Virus record (IMG/VR): IMGVR_UViG_3300038393_000923
Location: 1-34,401 of that record
Length of the DNA: 34,401 nucleotides
Direction: 5' to 3' (one strand)
Source of the DNA: a virus
Lineage: Duplodnaviria; Caudoviricetes
Of the stretch, positions 1 through 8,651 are shown in pieces. Each line of letters begins with the position of its first letter. Within the stretch, counting starts at the first letter, position 1. The translations under genes and the position numbers were made by a program. The notes under the pieces were generated by a model that was not told where the DNA came from, made no database searches, and was given only the letters and a program-made list of their open reading frames with translations.

Positions 1-897
1 AAGAAAGGAAATCCCGGAGATAGTAATTTTAGATCAGACTTCGTTGATCAAAACGGCGATCATTGGCAAGAATTCAAGATTTATCCATCTGCTGTTACAG
101 AATGGATTGAAGCAACTGGAATTGACAATATCACTAAGTCACCTTGGTATGGACATTGTGCTCCAGAACTAGAATGGACTCAACGTGTAAAGCTACAGGC
201 TGCTGCACAAAAGCATGTTGACCATTCAATTTCAAGTACATTAAATCTGCCAAACAATGTAACAGTTGAAAGAGTAGATGAAATCTATCGCACTGCATGG
301 AAGTCTGGTTGTAAGGGTGTAACTATTTACCGCGATGGTTGCCGAACTGGTGTTCTTGTTAATGAAACCGATAGCAAGAAGGCCGCTCGCGATACAAACG
401 ATGCACCAAAGCGTCCGCAAACGATTGAATCAGATGTGTATCATACTGCCGTTAAGGGCAAAGAGTACTTTGTTATTATTGGAATGTTTGAAGGCATGCC
501 ATATGAAGTCTTTGCTGGTGAAAATGGCATGATCGCTAAGAAGGTCAAGAAAGCTAAAGTTACAAAAATGAAACGTGGTCATTATCAAGCAGAATTTGAT
601 GATGGAAATGTTATGGAAAATATCGCTGATCATATTAGCGAAGATCAAGAAGGTTTAGCTCGATTGACATCTTTAGCACTTCGCCATGGAAATGATATTA
701 ACTATATTGTACATCAACTCGAAAAAGTTAAAGGAGATATGTCTAGCTTTGCCAAAGCAATGGCACGCAAGCTAAAACTATATATCTCTGATGGAACAGA
801 AGTTAAAGGCGAAAGCTGTATCGAATGTGGTGGCAATCTAGCCAGACAAGAAGGATGTATGAAGTGTGTTGCATGTGGATGGACCAAGTGTAATTAA
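1..897 (+). CDS. nrdJ: Class II (adenosylcobalamin-dependent) ribonucleotide reductase, C-terminal part (5' truncated by the window)
   Basis: Frame 1 is open from base 1 into the listed 436..897 ORF. It reads QAAAQKHVDHSISSTLNLP and AWKSGCKGVTIYRDGCRTGVL (RNR C-terminal motifs), then APKRP...PYEVF...GLARLTSLALRHG and a terminal CIECG...EGCMKCVACGWTKC zinc ribbon typical of NrdJ. Confidence 0.93.
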   Translation, partial: KKGNPGDSNFRSDFVDQNGDHWQEFKIYPSAVTEWIEATGIDNITKSPWYGHCAPELEWTQRVKLQAAAQKHVDHSISSTLNLPNNVTVERVDEIYRTAWKSGCKGVTIYRDGCRTGVLVNETDSKKAARDTNDAPKRPQTIESDVYHTAVKGKEYFVIIGMFEGMPYEVFAGENGMIAKKVKKAKVTKMKRGHYQAEFDDGNVMENIADHISEDQEGLARLTSLALRHGNDINYIVHQLEKVKGDMSSFAKAMARKLKLYISDGTEVKGESCIECGGNLARQEGCMKCVACGWTKCN

Positions 898-901
898 AAT
901 C

Positions 902-940
902 ATATGAGCGGTGCAGAAATGTACCGCTTATATTTTTATT
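902..940 (+). terminator. Rho-independent terminator after nrdJ
   Basis: Stem-loop ATATGAGCGGTGCA-GAAA-TGTACCGCTTATAT (with G:U pairs) followed by a T-rich tract. Confidence 0.8.
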
Positions 941-983
941 GTAGTTTTGTTAAAAGTAATGGCAAAGTAGACGATTATAAAGT

Positions 984-1415
984 ATGCAAGTAAAGATTCA
1001 AAGACTATCAAAAAGCGTTCCAGTACCCGCTAAGGCAACTAAAGATGCAGCGGGATTCGATTTGTCATCATCTATTGATGTAGTTATTGCTCCAAACACA
1101 TGGACACTAGTTCCAACAGGACTCAAAGTTGCTATTGATCCCGGATATGAAATGCAAATCCGCTCGCGAAGTGGTCTTGCTTATAAAAAGGGAGTAGTAG
1201 TTCTAAACAGTCCGGGAACTATCGACGCCGATTATCGTGGTGAAGTAGGTGTTATTTTATTTAATAATGGAGAAAATGACTTTGTTATTGCAAGAGGAGA
1301 TCGAATCGCTCAGGCAGTAATTGCTATGGTTCCAGAAGTAAATTTTGTTGAAGTAGATTCCCTTGACGAAACAGATCGTGGAGAAGGTGGTTTTGGCAGC
1401 ACTGGTGTTAAGTAA
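984..1415 (+). CDS. dut: Trimeric dUTPase
   Basis: All five motifs are present: AGFDL, RSRSGLA, GTIDADYRGEV, RIAQ, RGEGGFGSTG. Confidence 0.97.
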   Translation: MQVKIQRLSKSVPVPAKATKDAAGFDLSSSIDVVIAPNTWTLVPTGLKVAIDPGYEMQIRSRSGLAYKKGVVVLNSPGTIDADYRGEVGVILFNNGENDFVIARGDRIAQAVIAMVPEVNFVEVDSLDETDRGEGGFGSTGVK

Positions 1416-2095
1416 TGAATTATAATGACTTAATTACAGAAATCAATCAAGACGCACCAGTTAAGATTGAACGACGTGATCGAAGCGTAGGGATGGTAAA
1501 ACACTACCATCCTTTGTCTTTGACCGAACTAGAGTTTAATTTTGTAACAGATTTTGTCAAGAAATATAATCTAAAGCGTGGCTACGAAGTAGCAACAGCA
1601 TTTGGTATATCTGGTTTAGCCGCCGGTCTTGGTTTTAAAGAAACTGGTGGTCTTTTGGTTACCATGGATGCTTATATTGAAGAACAATATAATGATTGTG
1701 GTAAATATATTGGAAAGAAAAGTACACATACAAATGCTGATGGTTATCAATTAGCTCAGCATATCTTTGCCAAGTATAATGTTCCTGTTTATATGGAAAT
1801 CGGCTGGAGTCCAGACGATACAACAGATGCACTTTCAAATACATATGATCTATCAAAGGATAGGTTGGATTATGTATTCATTGATGCTGGACATTGGCGT
1901 GAAGCAATTCTAGCCGACATCAATTCTGTCATTCCATTTTTATCCAATAAGTATGTAATATTCTTTCATGATATTCATTGTTTTGATAATGATATGGTTC
2001 ATTATGTGGAATCTACATTAAACGGAAAGATAATTGAACCATTCCCACGCAATAATGCTAATAACTATGGCTTAGCATATATAACAAACCTATGA
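1415..2095 (+). CDS. Class I SAM-dependent methyltransferase (Methyltransf_24-like)
   Basis: YEVATAFGISG (motif I-like), DYVFIDAGH...ADI, and IFFHD. Confidence 0.75.
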   Translation: MNYNDLITEINQDAPVKIERRDRSVGMVKHYHPLSLTELEFNFVTDFVKKYNLKRGYEVATAFGISGLAAGLGFKETGGLLVTMDAYIEEQYNDCGKYIGKKSTHTNADGYQLAQHIFAKYNVPVYMEIGWSPDDTTDALSNTYDLSKDRLDYVFIDAGHWREAILADINSVIPFLSNKYVIFFHDIHCFDNDMVHYVESTLNGKIIEPFPRNNANNYGLAYITNL

Positions 2096-2200
2096 TAAAA
2101 TCATATATTGGTTTAAAATATGGAAGAGTAACCATAATATCTGAATAGAATTCAAAAAGGAATTGATCCAGAAATAGCAATTAGTCAAGAGGTAAAAAAA
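2092..2200 (+). pseudogene. Probable internally deleted remnant of a homing-endonuclease-type gene
   Basis: An ATGA-coupled mini-ORF at 2092..2148 reads MIKSYIGLKYGRVTIISE*, resembling the GxxFGRLTVI N-terminus of phage HNH/AP2 endonucleases. The adjacent frame at 2138..2200 reads YLNRIQKGIDPEIAISQ, resembling the RxxxGWxxExA C-terminus of the same families. Confidence 0.45.
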
Positions 2201-2809
2201 ATGATTCGTTGTGTAATGTTTGATTTAGATGGCGTTTTAGTAGATGCGTGTGAGATCCACTTTAACGCTTTTAACAAGGCATTAGGATTCAATTTAACGC
2301 GTGAAGAACACTTAATGATATATAATGGCCTTTCTACCAAAAAGAAGCTCCAGATGCTTTTAAACGAAGGTAAAATCAAAGCCGAAGATATAGATAAGAT
2401 ATGGAAGCTGAAACAAGAATATACCGAAGAAGAAATTTGCAAACTAACTATTGATCCAATCAAAGTTACTATGCATATGATGCTTAGAGATAGAAACATT
2501 GAATCAGTTTGTGTAACTAATTCTATTAGAGATACCGCCAGCTTAATGCTTCGTAAGACTGGCCAAGCACAATTTATTAATTTGATTGTGTCAAATGAAG
2601 ATACGGAACGCAATAAACCATTTCCTGATCCATACTTCTTTGCATTAGAAAGATTAAATCTAATGCCACATGAAATATTAATCGTAGAGGATTCTGATAT
2701 TGGTTACACAGCGGCCGGTCAAGTAACTACTAATATCCTCAAAGTTAGAGATAGCTATGACGTTGACGCAAAGACTGTCTTAAAAGCTATCAAGGAGTTT
2801 GAATTATAA
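2201..2809 (+). CDS. HAD-superfamily phosphatase (beta-PGM-like)
   Basis: FDLDGVLVD, VTNS, KPFPDPY and VEDSDIG motifs; GAGGT SD upstream. Confidence 0.92.
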   Translation: MIRCVMFDLDGVLVDACEIHFNAFNKALGFNLTREEHLMIYNGLSTKKKLQMLLNEGKIKAEDIDKIWKLKQEYTEEEICKLTIDPIKVTMHMMLRDRNIESVCVTNSIRDTASLMLRKTGQAQFINLIVSNEDTERNKPFPDPYFFALERLNLMPHEILIVEDSDIGYTAAGQVTTNILKVRDSYDVDAKTVLKAIKEFEL

Positions 2810-3546
2810 TGAACGTGGTAATTCCAATGGCCGGACGTGGCCGGAGGTTTTCAGAAGTAGGATATACTACTCCCAAGCCTTTTATTGATGTAAAGGGGTG
2901 GCCAATGATTAAACATGCCATCTACGACATTATAGACAGAAATCCCTCAGCGTCTTTTTCAACATTTATTTTTCTATGTTTACAGAACTTCTTGGATCAG
3001 TATGGCACTGATTTTGAGAATATTTTAAAAGACGAAAGACTCAATTATAAAATTCTTCCTGTTAAGGAAGTGACAGAAGGTGCTGCTTGTACTGTACTTC
3101 TCGCTAAAGACCTTATTAATAATGATGAAGAATTAATCATTACCGACTGCGATCATATTGTTGAAGATCCCGGCTATGTAGGTCGTGGCTTGCAGTATTT
3201 TCGAAAACACAAAGCACATGGAGGAATGTGGTGTTTTGTAAGTAGTGATCCTAAATGGAGTTATGTAGACGTTTACGGTGGAAGAGTTTGTTATGTTGCT
3301 GAAAAAAATGTCATCAGCGACATTGCTAATACTGGAACTTATTATTTCTCTAAAGGGAATATATTTGTGAAGTACGCAGAACAGATGATTCAAAAGAATC
3401 GTCGCAGTAAGGGCGAATTCTACGTGGCTCCTGTTTATAATGAACTTAATTCTTCAAACTATAAAGTTATACCTTTTATGGTGAATGACTTTGTTTCTTT
3501 AGGTACACCTGAAGATTTGGAGAAGTATTTAAATGGAAATATATAA
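2809..3546 (+). CDS. Sugar-phosphate nucleotidyltransferase (NTP_transferase / GT-A fold)
   Basis: VIPMAGRGRRF...PKPFIDV, TEGAACTVL, ITDCD, AEK, GEFYVAPVYN and LGTPEDL; TAATG coupling to the HAD gene. Confidence 0.9.
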   Translation: MNVVIPMAGRGRRFSEVGYTTPKPFIDVKGWPMIKHAIYDIIDRNPSASFSTFIFLCLQNFLDQYGTDFENILKDERLNYKILPVKEVTEGAACTVLLAKDLINNDEELIITDCDHIVEDPGYVGRGLQYFRKHKAHGGMWCFVSSDPKWSYVDVYGGRVCYVAEKNVISDIANTGTYYFSKGNIFVKYAEQMIQKNRRSKGEFYVAPVYNELNSSNYKVIPFMVNDFVSLGTPEDLEKYLNGNI

Positions 3547-3880
3547 ATTAAATGATTTTAAACGCGGCTGGGTCATTGGAAACTTTGAACCCAGCTTATT
3601 CAAGGGAAATTTTGAAGTAGGAATACATTCATATCCTTCTGGAACAGAACATATGCCTCATTATCATAAAGAATCCAGTGAGATAAATGTTGTCACTAGC
3701 GGCAGTTGTATCTTTAAACTTTTCAATGCCAATGTGGCCACTCATGTTCTACTTACTAAAGGTGATATTGTAGTAGTTAATCCAAATGAAGTTGTTGGTT
3801 TTTATGCCGATACCGATTGTGAATTAACAGTAATAAAGACACAGAGCGTTAAGGACGATAAGTATTTATATGGTAATTGA
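3533..3880 (+). CDS. Cupin-fold protein (putative sugar epimerase/isomerase)
   Basis: RGWVIGNFEPS, HYHKESSEINVVTSG and GDIVVVNPNE cupin motifs. Confidence 0.8.
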   Translation: MEIYKLNDFKRGWVIGNFEPSLFKGNFEVGIHSYPSGTEHMPHYHKESSEINVVTSGSCIFKLFNANVATHVLLTKGDIVVVNPNEVVGFYADTDCELTVIKTQSVKDDKYLYGN

Positions 3881-4634
3881 TGAATATGTAAAAACAATAA
3901 GCAAAACTATTACTAAACCTATAGTAGTGTTTGATCTTGAAACAACAGGAATTGATACAAATAAGGATCAAACAATTCAATTCGCCGGTATTAGAATTAA
4001 TCCTGATGGAACGTCAGAAGAATTAACCTTTATTTGCAAGCCAACAATTCAAATTGCCGAGGAAGCCACTAAGGTTCACGGTTATAGCAACGACAGTCTT
4101 AAGGATAAACCAGAATTTAAGACTTTCGTTCCTAAAATCATGAAACTATTTAAAGGGGCCGACGTTGCTGGTTTTAACATCGCAAGCTTCGATATTAAAG
4201 TATTGATTCGGCAGATGACGGAGCATGGTAAAGCAGATGTTCTAAAGGATGCAGCGGTTTATGATGCGTACAAAGTTTTCATGGCACATTGTACAAGAAA
4301 GCTTGGGGATGCATGTAAATTCTATTTAGGCCAAGAGATAGAAGATGCACACGATGCACTAGGTGATGTAAAGACAACAGCAGCCGTTATCGCCAAACAG
4401 GTTGATAAGGAACAAACAACTATTGTTGATATAGCACAAAAAACAATTGGAAAAACGGCAGATAAGATAGTTTCAGATCAGTACATAACTTATAACGACA
4501 AGAGCGAACCAGTCCTTAATTTTAGTAAGCACAAGGGAACACCCGTTAAGGATGTTGACAAAGGCTTTATTAAATGGGTTATATCTAAAGATTTCCCAAA
4601 ATCAGTTAAAGATATATTGAAACCATATCAATGA
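3870..4634 (+). CDS. DEDDh 3'-5' exonuclease (DnaQ/epsilon- or ExoX-like)
   Basis: FDLETTG, VHG, GFNIASFD and AHDALGDV; C-terminal FSKHKG...FIKWV subdomain. Confidence 0.9.
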   Translation: MVIDEYVKTISKTITKPIVVFDLETTGIDTNKDQTIQFAGIRINPDGTSEELTFICKPTIQIAEEATKVHGYSNDSLKDKPEFKTFVPKIMKLFKGADVAGFNIASFDIKVLIRQMTEHGKADVLKDAAVYDAYKVFMAHCTRKLGDACKFYLGQEIEDAHDALGDVKTTAAVIAKQVDKEQTTIVDIAQKTIGKTADKIVSDQYITYNDKSEPVLNFSKHKGTPVKDVDKGFIKWVISKDFPKSVKDILKPYQ

Positions 4635-5107
4635 ACACAAAACAAACACTAGAGAAAGCCAGATACGAGTTATCTCAACTTTTCTCACTGGAACTGGCCG
4701 ATGATTGTATAAATTATTTGGTTAGTCGGCTGATTGGAGACATAGTAGAAAATGATGATCGAATGTCTGACGAGGAGATTGGATTGTTATTTGATGCAGG
4801 TCTAGATCAGCTATATACTTACGAATCAGAAGATATTATTTCTGTTATTCTTGAAATGGCAGCAATGGCTAGAGAGCGATCTCATGGCGGTGCTCCATTG
4901 TCAAGAGTTTATATTAGTTCTAAAGATTATAATACTATTTCTGAACAGCTTAACTTAAACGATAAATCTGTTATAACTGTTGGAAAAGTAAGAGTTTATA
5001 AATCTGACGCTTTAACGAAATTTGCTTCTGTATTCGGCATTTGTAAGCCAAAATTTAAATGTGTCTCGCCAGAATTAATAGTAATTTTAGGTAAAGTTAA
5101 GGAGTAG
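4631..5107 (+). CDS. Hypothetical protein
   Basis: 158-aa ORF, ATGA-coupled to the upstream gene. Confidence 0.75.
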   Translation: MNTKQTLEKARYELSQLFSLELADDCINYLVSRLIGDIVENDDRMSDEEIGLLFDAGLDQLYTYESEDIISVILEMAAMARERSHGGAPLSRVYISSKDYNTISEQLNLNDKSVITVGKVRVYKSDALTKFASVFGICKPKFKCVSPELIVILGKVKE

Positions 5108-5109
5108 TA

Positions 5110-5295
5110 ATGTCAAAAGAATATATTGTCAAGCCTGTTGCTGCTAATCCAGCTAAGCTCGACGGTCGTGTAGCATTCAGCAGCGGCCTAAGTAAGCCAG
5201 AAGTTTATGATGTTCATGGCGGTCCTCATGTCATTCTAGTCAGCGGAGTTAGAGTAAACGACGACCACTTCCCAAGCTCTAGCGGAACTCTTTAA
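5110..5295 (+). CDS. Small hypothetical protein
   Basis: 61-aa ORF with an AAGGAG SD; fills the gap between flanking genes. Confidence 0.7.
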   Translation: MSKEYIVKPVAANPAKLDGRVAFSSGLSKPEVYDVHGGPHVILVSGVRVNDDHFPSSSGTL

Positions 5296-5297
5296 AA

Positions 5298-5876
5298 ATG
5301 AGTTACCGTTTTGATTATAGATCTAAAAATCAATTTGCAAAGGATATAAAACAAAGTAGTCAATGTGAAGCAGAGATAGCGGTGCGTTTATGCATCGCTA
5401 TTCATGCTAAAACTAAACAGTGGCCGCAGTTAATACCAACTGGTGTTGATGCTACTGGTGAGTTTATTGCTAAAGAATCAAAGATTACTTCATTTCCAGA
5501 TTATAGCATTGATGGCAAATTGACAGAGATTATTAGAGCAGATGTTGTTTGTAAAAGATCTTTCCATCAAAAGGTAAATAAAGTCACTAAAGCTATTAGT
5601 GAGGGTTACGATACTATTTTCGTTAACGGATTTCGAGAAGAAAAGCAACCGAAATATATATGGTTTACTCCTGAAATGCTAGAGGAGTTTACCCAAAGGG
5701 CTATCTCTAAGCACGGTACGGTTTTACATCCCGGTGGAAAAGGCGTTGGTGCTTTAGGCAAGACAGCTTATAGATACGATTGCTTTTGGTTCGAGAAAAT
5801 TTGGCGTCCATTGCCTGTTTTAATCGATAATGTTCCAGACGAATATAAAAAAATCATTAACGCCGCAAAGGTGTAA
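5298..5876 (+). CDS. Hypothetical protein, possibly restriction-endonuclease-like (PD-(D/E)XK) fold
   Basis: 192 aa; E-helix then FPDYSIDGKLTEI, but the canonical ExK lysine is absent. Confidence 0.5.
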   Translation: MSYRFDYRSKNQFAKDIKQSSQCEAEIAVRLCIAIHAKTKQWPQLIPTGVDATGEFIAKESKITSFPDYSIDGKLTEIIRADVVCKRSFHQKVNKVTKAISEGYDTIFVNGFREEKQPKYIWFTPEMLEEFTQRAISKHGTVLHPGGKGVGALGKTAYRYDCFWFEKIWRPLPVLIDNVPDEYKKIINAAKV

Positions 5877-5877
5877 T

Positions 5878-6309
5878 ATGTCAATAAGAATTCGGTTGGT
5901 TTGCCGTCCTAATCAAGAAAATAAATACTCAAGTATCGTCAAAGAACTAGACGACCACTTCTTTCCCGGAACGCCATATTTTGGTGCTCCGGGTTGTTAT
6001 TGGTGGATAGCTTTTGATGGGGATAAACCAATTGGATACGCAGGTCTGGATACTGTTAGACTTAAAGATAAAGCATTCTTGTGCCGTGGTGGTGTCTTAG
6101 CTAGCCACAGAGGATTGGGTATTCATAAAAGATTAATTAAAGCTAGAGAGCGAATGGCTCGAAGATTAGGTATTGATCGAATAGTTACTTATACTGATCA
6201 TAATAATATTGCAAGTTCAAATAGCTTAATTAAGCGTGGTTATATTAGATATCGCCCCGGTGCAGAATGGGGTGTTGATAACGCTATATATTTTTCAAAG
6301 GAATTATGA
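5878..6309 (+). CDS. GNAT-family acetyltransferase
   Basis: GVLASHRGLGIHKRLI acetyl-CoA motif A and NIASSNSLIKRGY. ATG 5878 is preferred to 5830 because it avoids overlap with the upstream gene. Confidence 0.88.
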   Translation: MSIRIRLVCRPNQENKYSSIVKELDDHFFPGTPYFGAPGCYWWIAFDGDKPIGYAGLDTVRLKDKAFLCRGGVLASHRGLGIHKRLIKARERMARRLGIDRIVTYTDHNNIASSNSLIKRGYIRYRPGAEWGVDNAIYFSKEL

Positions 6310-6671
6310 TGAAGGGATCGTTTTTTGATTCTACTGTTCATCGCATATATGCGTGCGAGAATAGTGAATGTGAAGCCAAGATTCATTGTGAAGAAACAGT
6401 GAAAGATCCTTGGCAAAAAGTATGTCCATTTTGCAATCAAGAATCATTGATTCTTGAATCTGCTAATTTAGCCGCTCCTGCTTTTATTGATCTAAAACAA
6501 CCTAAGACAGTAGGTTCCTTAGGTGAAAAGAATTATGAGAAGGCTGTGAAGGAAGGCAAGAAGACAGGTGTCGAACGAGAAGGCAGAACACCGTTTTGGC
6601 GTAAAAACAAGAAAATTAATTATAATGTTCTTAAGAATCCAAATAAATACATAAATACTGGATATACATAA
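6306..6671 (+). CDS. Zinc-ribbon protein (FmdB-like)
   Basis: YACENSEC...CPFC, then PKTVGSLGEKN. Confidence 0.65.
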   Translation: MMKGSFFDSTVHRIYACENSECEAKIHCEETVKDPWQKVCPFCNQESLILESANLAAPAFIDLKQPKTVGSLGEKNYEKAVKEGKKTGVEREGRTPFWRKNKKINYNVLKNPNKYINTGYT

Positions 6672-6985
6672 TGAAAGAAGAACTTTTAGGACTGTCTGTA
6701 TTAGAAGAGGCGGTAGTTAAATGCGGAAATTGTGGTTCTCATTTGGCTAACGTAGTTGTAAGCGAAACAAACGAATCTCGTGAATTGCGTGGTTTAAAAT
6801 CACTAAATAGTAGATACAAGATTAATAATTGCTATAAATGTGGTGGTTCTAGCTTTGCAACAAAAGTGTTTTCTGGATCAACTAGTATTTGTCCCGCTAA
6901 GGACTTTTTTGATCTAGATGAAGTAGAAACAGATTTCAACGATGGAGTTATTGAATCGGTATTAACCGTACAAAAACGTGTATGA
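6671..6985 (+). CDS. Zinc-finger hypothetical protein
   Basis: CGNC...CYKC; TAATG coupling. Confidence 0.7.
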   Translation: MKEELLGLSVLEEAVVKCGNCGSHLANVVVSETNESRELRGLKSLNSRYKINNCYKCGGSSFATKVFSGSTSICPAKDFFDLDEVETDFNDGVIESVLTVQKRV

Positions 6986-7362
6986 ATGAAAAAGAATTAA
7001 GAGATGCCATCACTATTCTTCGCAGTGATAGGAACGTTAAAAAGCCAACCGAACCTGTACGATATAATGATAATGGCGAGAGCGATAGCAAACGCAAGAA
7101 GAAGTTCTCTGACAATGAAACCGCCGCTATCGAAATTCCAACAACTACAGGTCAACTTTTCCGAATTAAAGTCGAACGCAACGGCAAGTTTTTCAATCCT
7201 CTAAAGGCTGGTAATGACTATAGACTAGATCAGCAGGATCGTACAACTAAGGATCTACGATTTCAATTTCGTAGTGTTCCTGAAAGTGCTTTTGGTCATT
7301 ACGTGAGATTTCTTAAAACTCGATATGATAGTTCTCTTTTAGCAGCCGAGCGTGAGGTATAA
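6982..7362 (+). CDS. Hypothetical protein
   Basis: 126-aa ORF, ATGA-coupled. Confidence 0.75.
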   Translation: MNEKELRDAITILRSDRNVKKPTEPVRYNDNGESDSKRKKKFSDNETAAIEIPTTTGQLFRIKVERNGKFFNPLKAGNDYRLDQQDRTTKDLRFQFRSVPESAFGHYVRFLKTRYDSSLLAAEREV

Positions 7363-7365
7363 TTA

Positions 7366-7698
7366 ATGTCAGATCAAACACAAGAACAAGATTGGATGGA
7401 TAAGCTATCTGATGAAATTTCAGAAATGCTTGCAAATCCTAAGTTGGTTAAATTTAATACACATAAGAATCGTAAGCTATTCACAGGACAGCTTTTGGGT
7501 ATTATCAAAGAAGCTATTAATAAGAACACAATAGCCAAACCAGATAAGCCCACACGTTCTTCAACACCAACAATTACACGGCCAAATCCTAATAAAGAAA
7601 ATGGCTTTGCTATCATGACCGAATCGGATTCACAACGTGGCGACGATGTTCGCGACAATATTGCTAAAAACAAACGAGCAGGAGTTAGAAGTTGGTAA
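7366..7698 (+). CDS. Hypothetical protein
   Basis: 110-aa ORF with a GAGGT SD. Confidence 0.75.
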   Translation: MSDQTQEQDWMDKLSDEISEMLANPKLVKFNTHKNRKLFTGQLLGIIKEAINKNTIAKPDKPTRSSTPTITRPNPNKENGFAIMTESDSQRGDDVRDNIAKNKRAGVRSW

Positions 7699-8060
7699 AT
7701 TGGAATGCAACACTTTCCAATGGCTTAAAAATTTGCGGTGCAACAGATGATGGTACATGGATAACTCTACGCGAAAGACTTAAAAACGAGTCTATAAGAA
7801 TTACAGAGTTTTCTATTGGAAATCAACATGGCGTCGGAAAAATTGATAGTAATGCAGATGGCTATTTTCTTGGCAACAAGACGATAGCCATTTTGCCTTC
7901 TACACTTAATATAAATTTAGTTGCTATTGGTTATTGGAAAAACTACGACGATAAAGTTAGAATTAAATGGTATGATGTTAATACCATGAACCTTGTATTT
8001 ACAGAGGCTAGACCATTAAATGAGTGCGGAGAATTCCTCATCAAAAACCCAACTAATTAA
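7692..8060 (+). CDS. Hypothetical protein
   Basis: 122-aa ORF, TTG start after an AGGAG SD. Confidence 0.7.
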   Translation: MVNWNATLSNGLKICGATDDGTWITLRERLKNESIRITEFSIGNQHGVGKIDSNADGYFLGNKTIAILPSTLNINLVAIGYWKNYDDKVRIKWYDVNTMNLVFTEARPLNECGEFLIKNPTN

Positions 8061-8634
8061 TTGGCACGAATTACCATATTCACACAAGTGGGAAAAAAAT
8101 ATTGACTCGATCATGAATCCCGGCAGTAAGGTTACATGGCCACAATATGTTGCAGAAATGGTAATTTATTGGAGAACACAGTTTATCAAAGATTACAAGG
8201 ATATTCAGCGTGGCCAAGACTGGCATAAAACCATTCAAAAACCAGTAAGAGATCTGAATCAACAAGCTGCTGTTATTTGTAATTATTTTGAACATCCTAA
8301 TAAAGAACCATTAGTTGCCGTAGCTTTTAGAAACTTTTTTCGCAAGACCAAGCCAATGAAGATTGGACAATTTCGTAAAGTTCGATTTACCGAAAAAAAT
8401 GGTCGTAGGGTATCTAATATTACACAGGATGAAAAAGATGTTGTTACTGGCATTAATGCAGAACTTAATCGTCTGATTATTCAGAGAGATATGTTCATTG
8501 CAGCAACTCCAAAATCCAAAGATCCATTAAAGTCCCAAGAAGAAATCAAATTTAAAACAACAGGATCGTCAAAGAAAAAGGGTGGTTTAGGAAACATTCT
8601 TGCTTTAGAACAACAGCTAAAGAAGGATAATTAA
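8020..8634 (+). CDS. Hypothetical protein upstream of recA
   Basis: 204-aa ORF with a basic C-terminus; GAGG upstream. Confidence 0.75.
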   Translation: MSAENSSSKTQLINWHELPYSHKWEKNIDSIMNPGSKVTWPQYVAEMVIYWRTQFIKDYKDIQRGQDWHKTIQKPVRDLNQQAAVICNYFEHPNKEPLVAVAFRNFFRKTKPMKIGQFRKVRFTEKNGRRVSNITQDEKDVVTGINAELNRLIIQRDMFIAATPKSKDPLKSQEEIKFKTTGSSKKKGGLGNILALEQQLKKDN

Positions 8635-8651
8635 TTACTCGAATATATGAT

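Noticed and set aside
941-983. Sigma70 promoter upstream of dut
   Set aside because: The region is AT-rich, but TATAAA lies only 2 nt from the ATG and no correctly spaced -35 was found.
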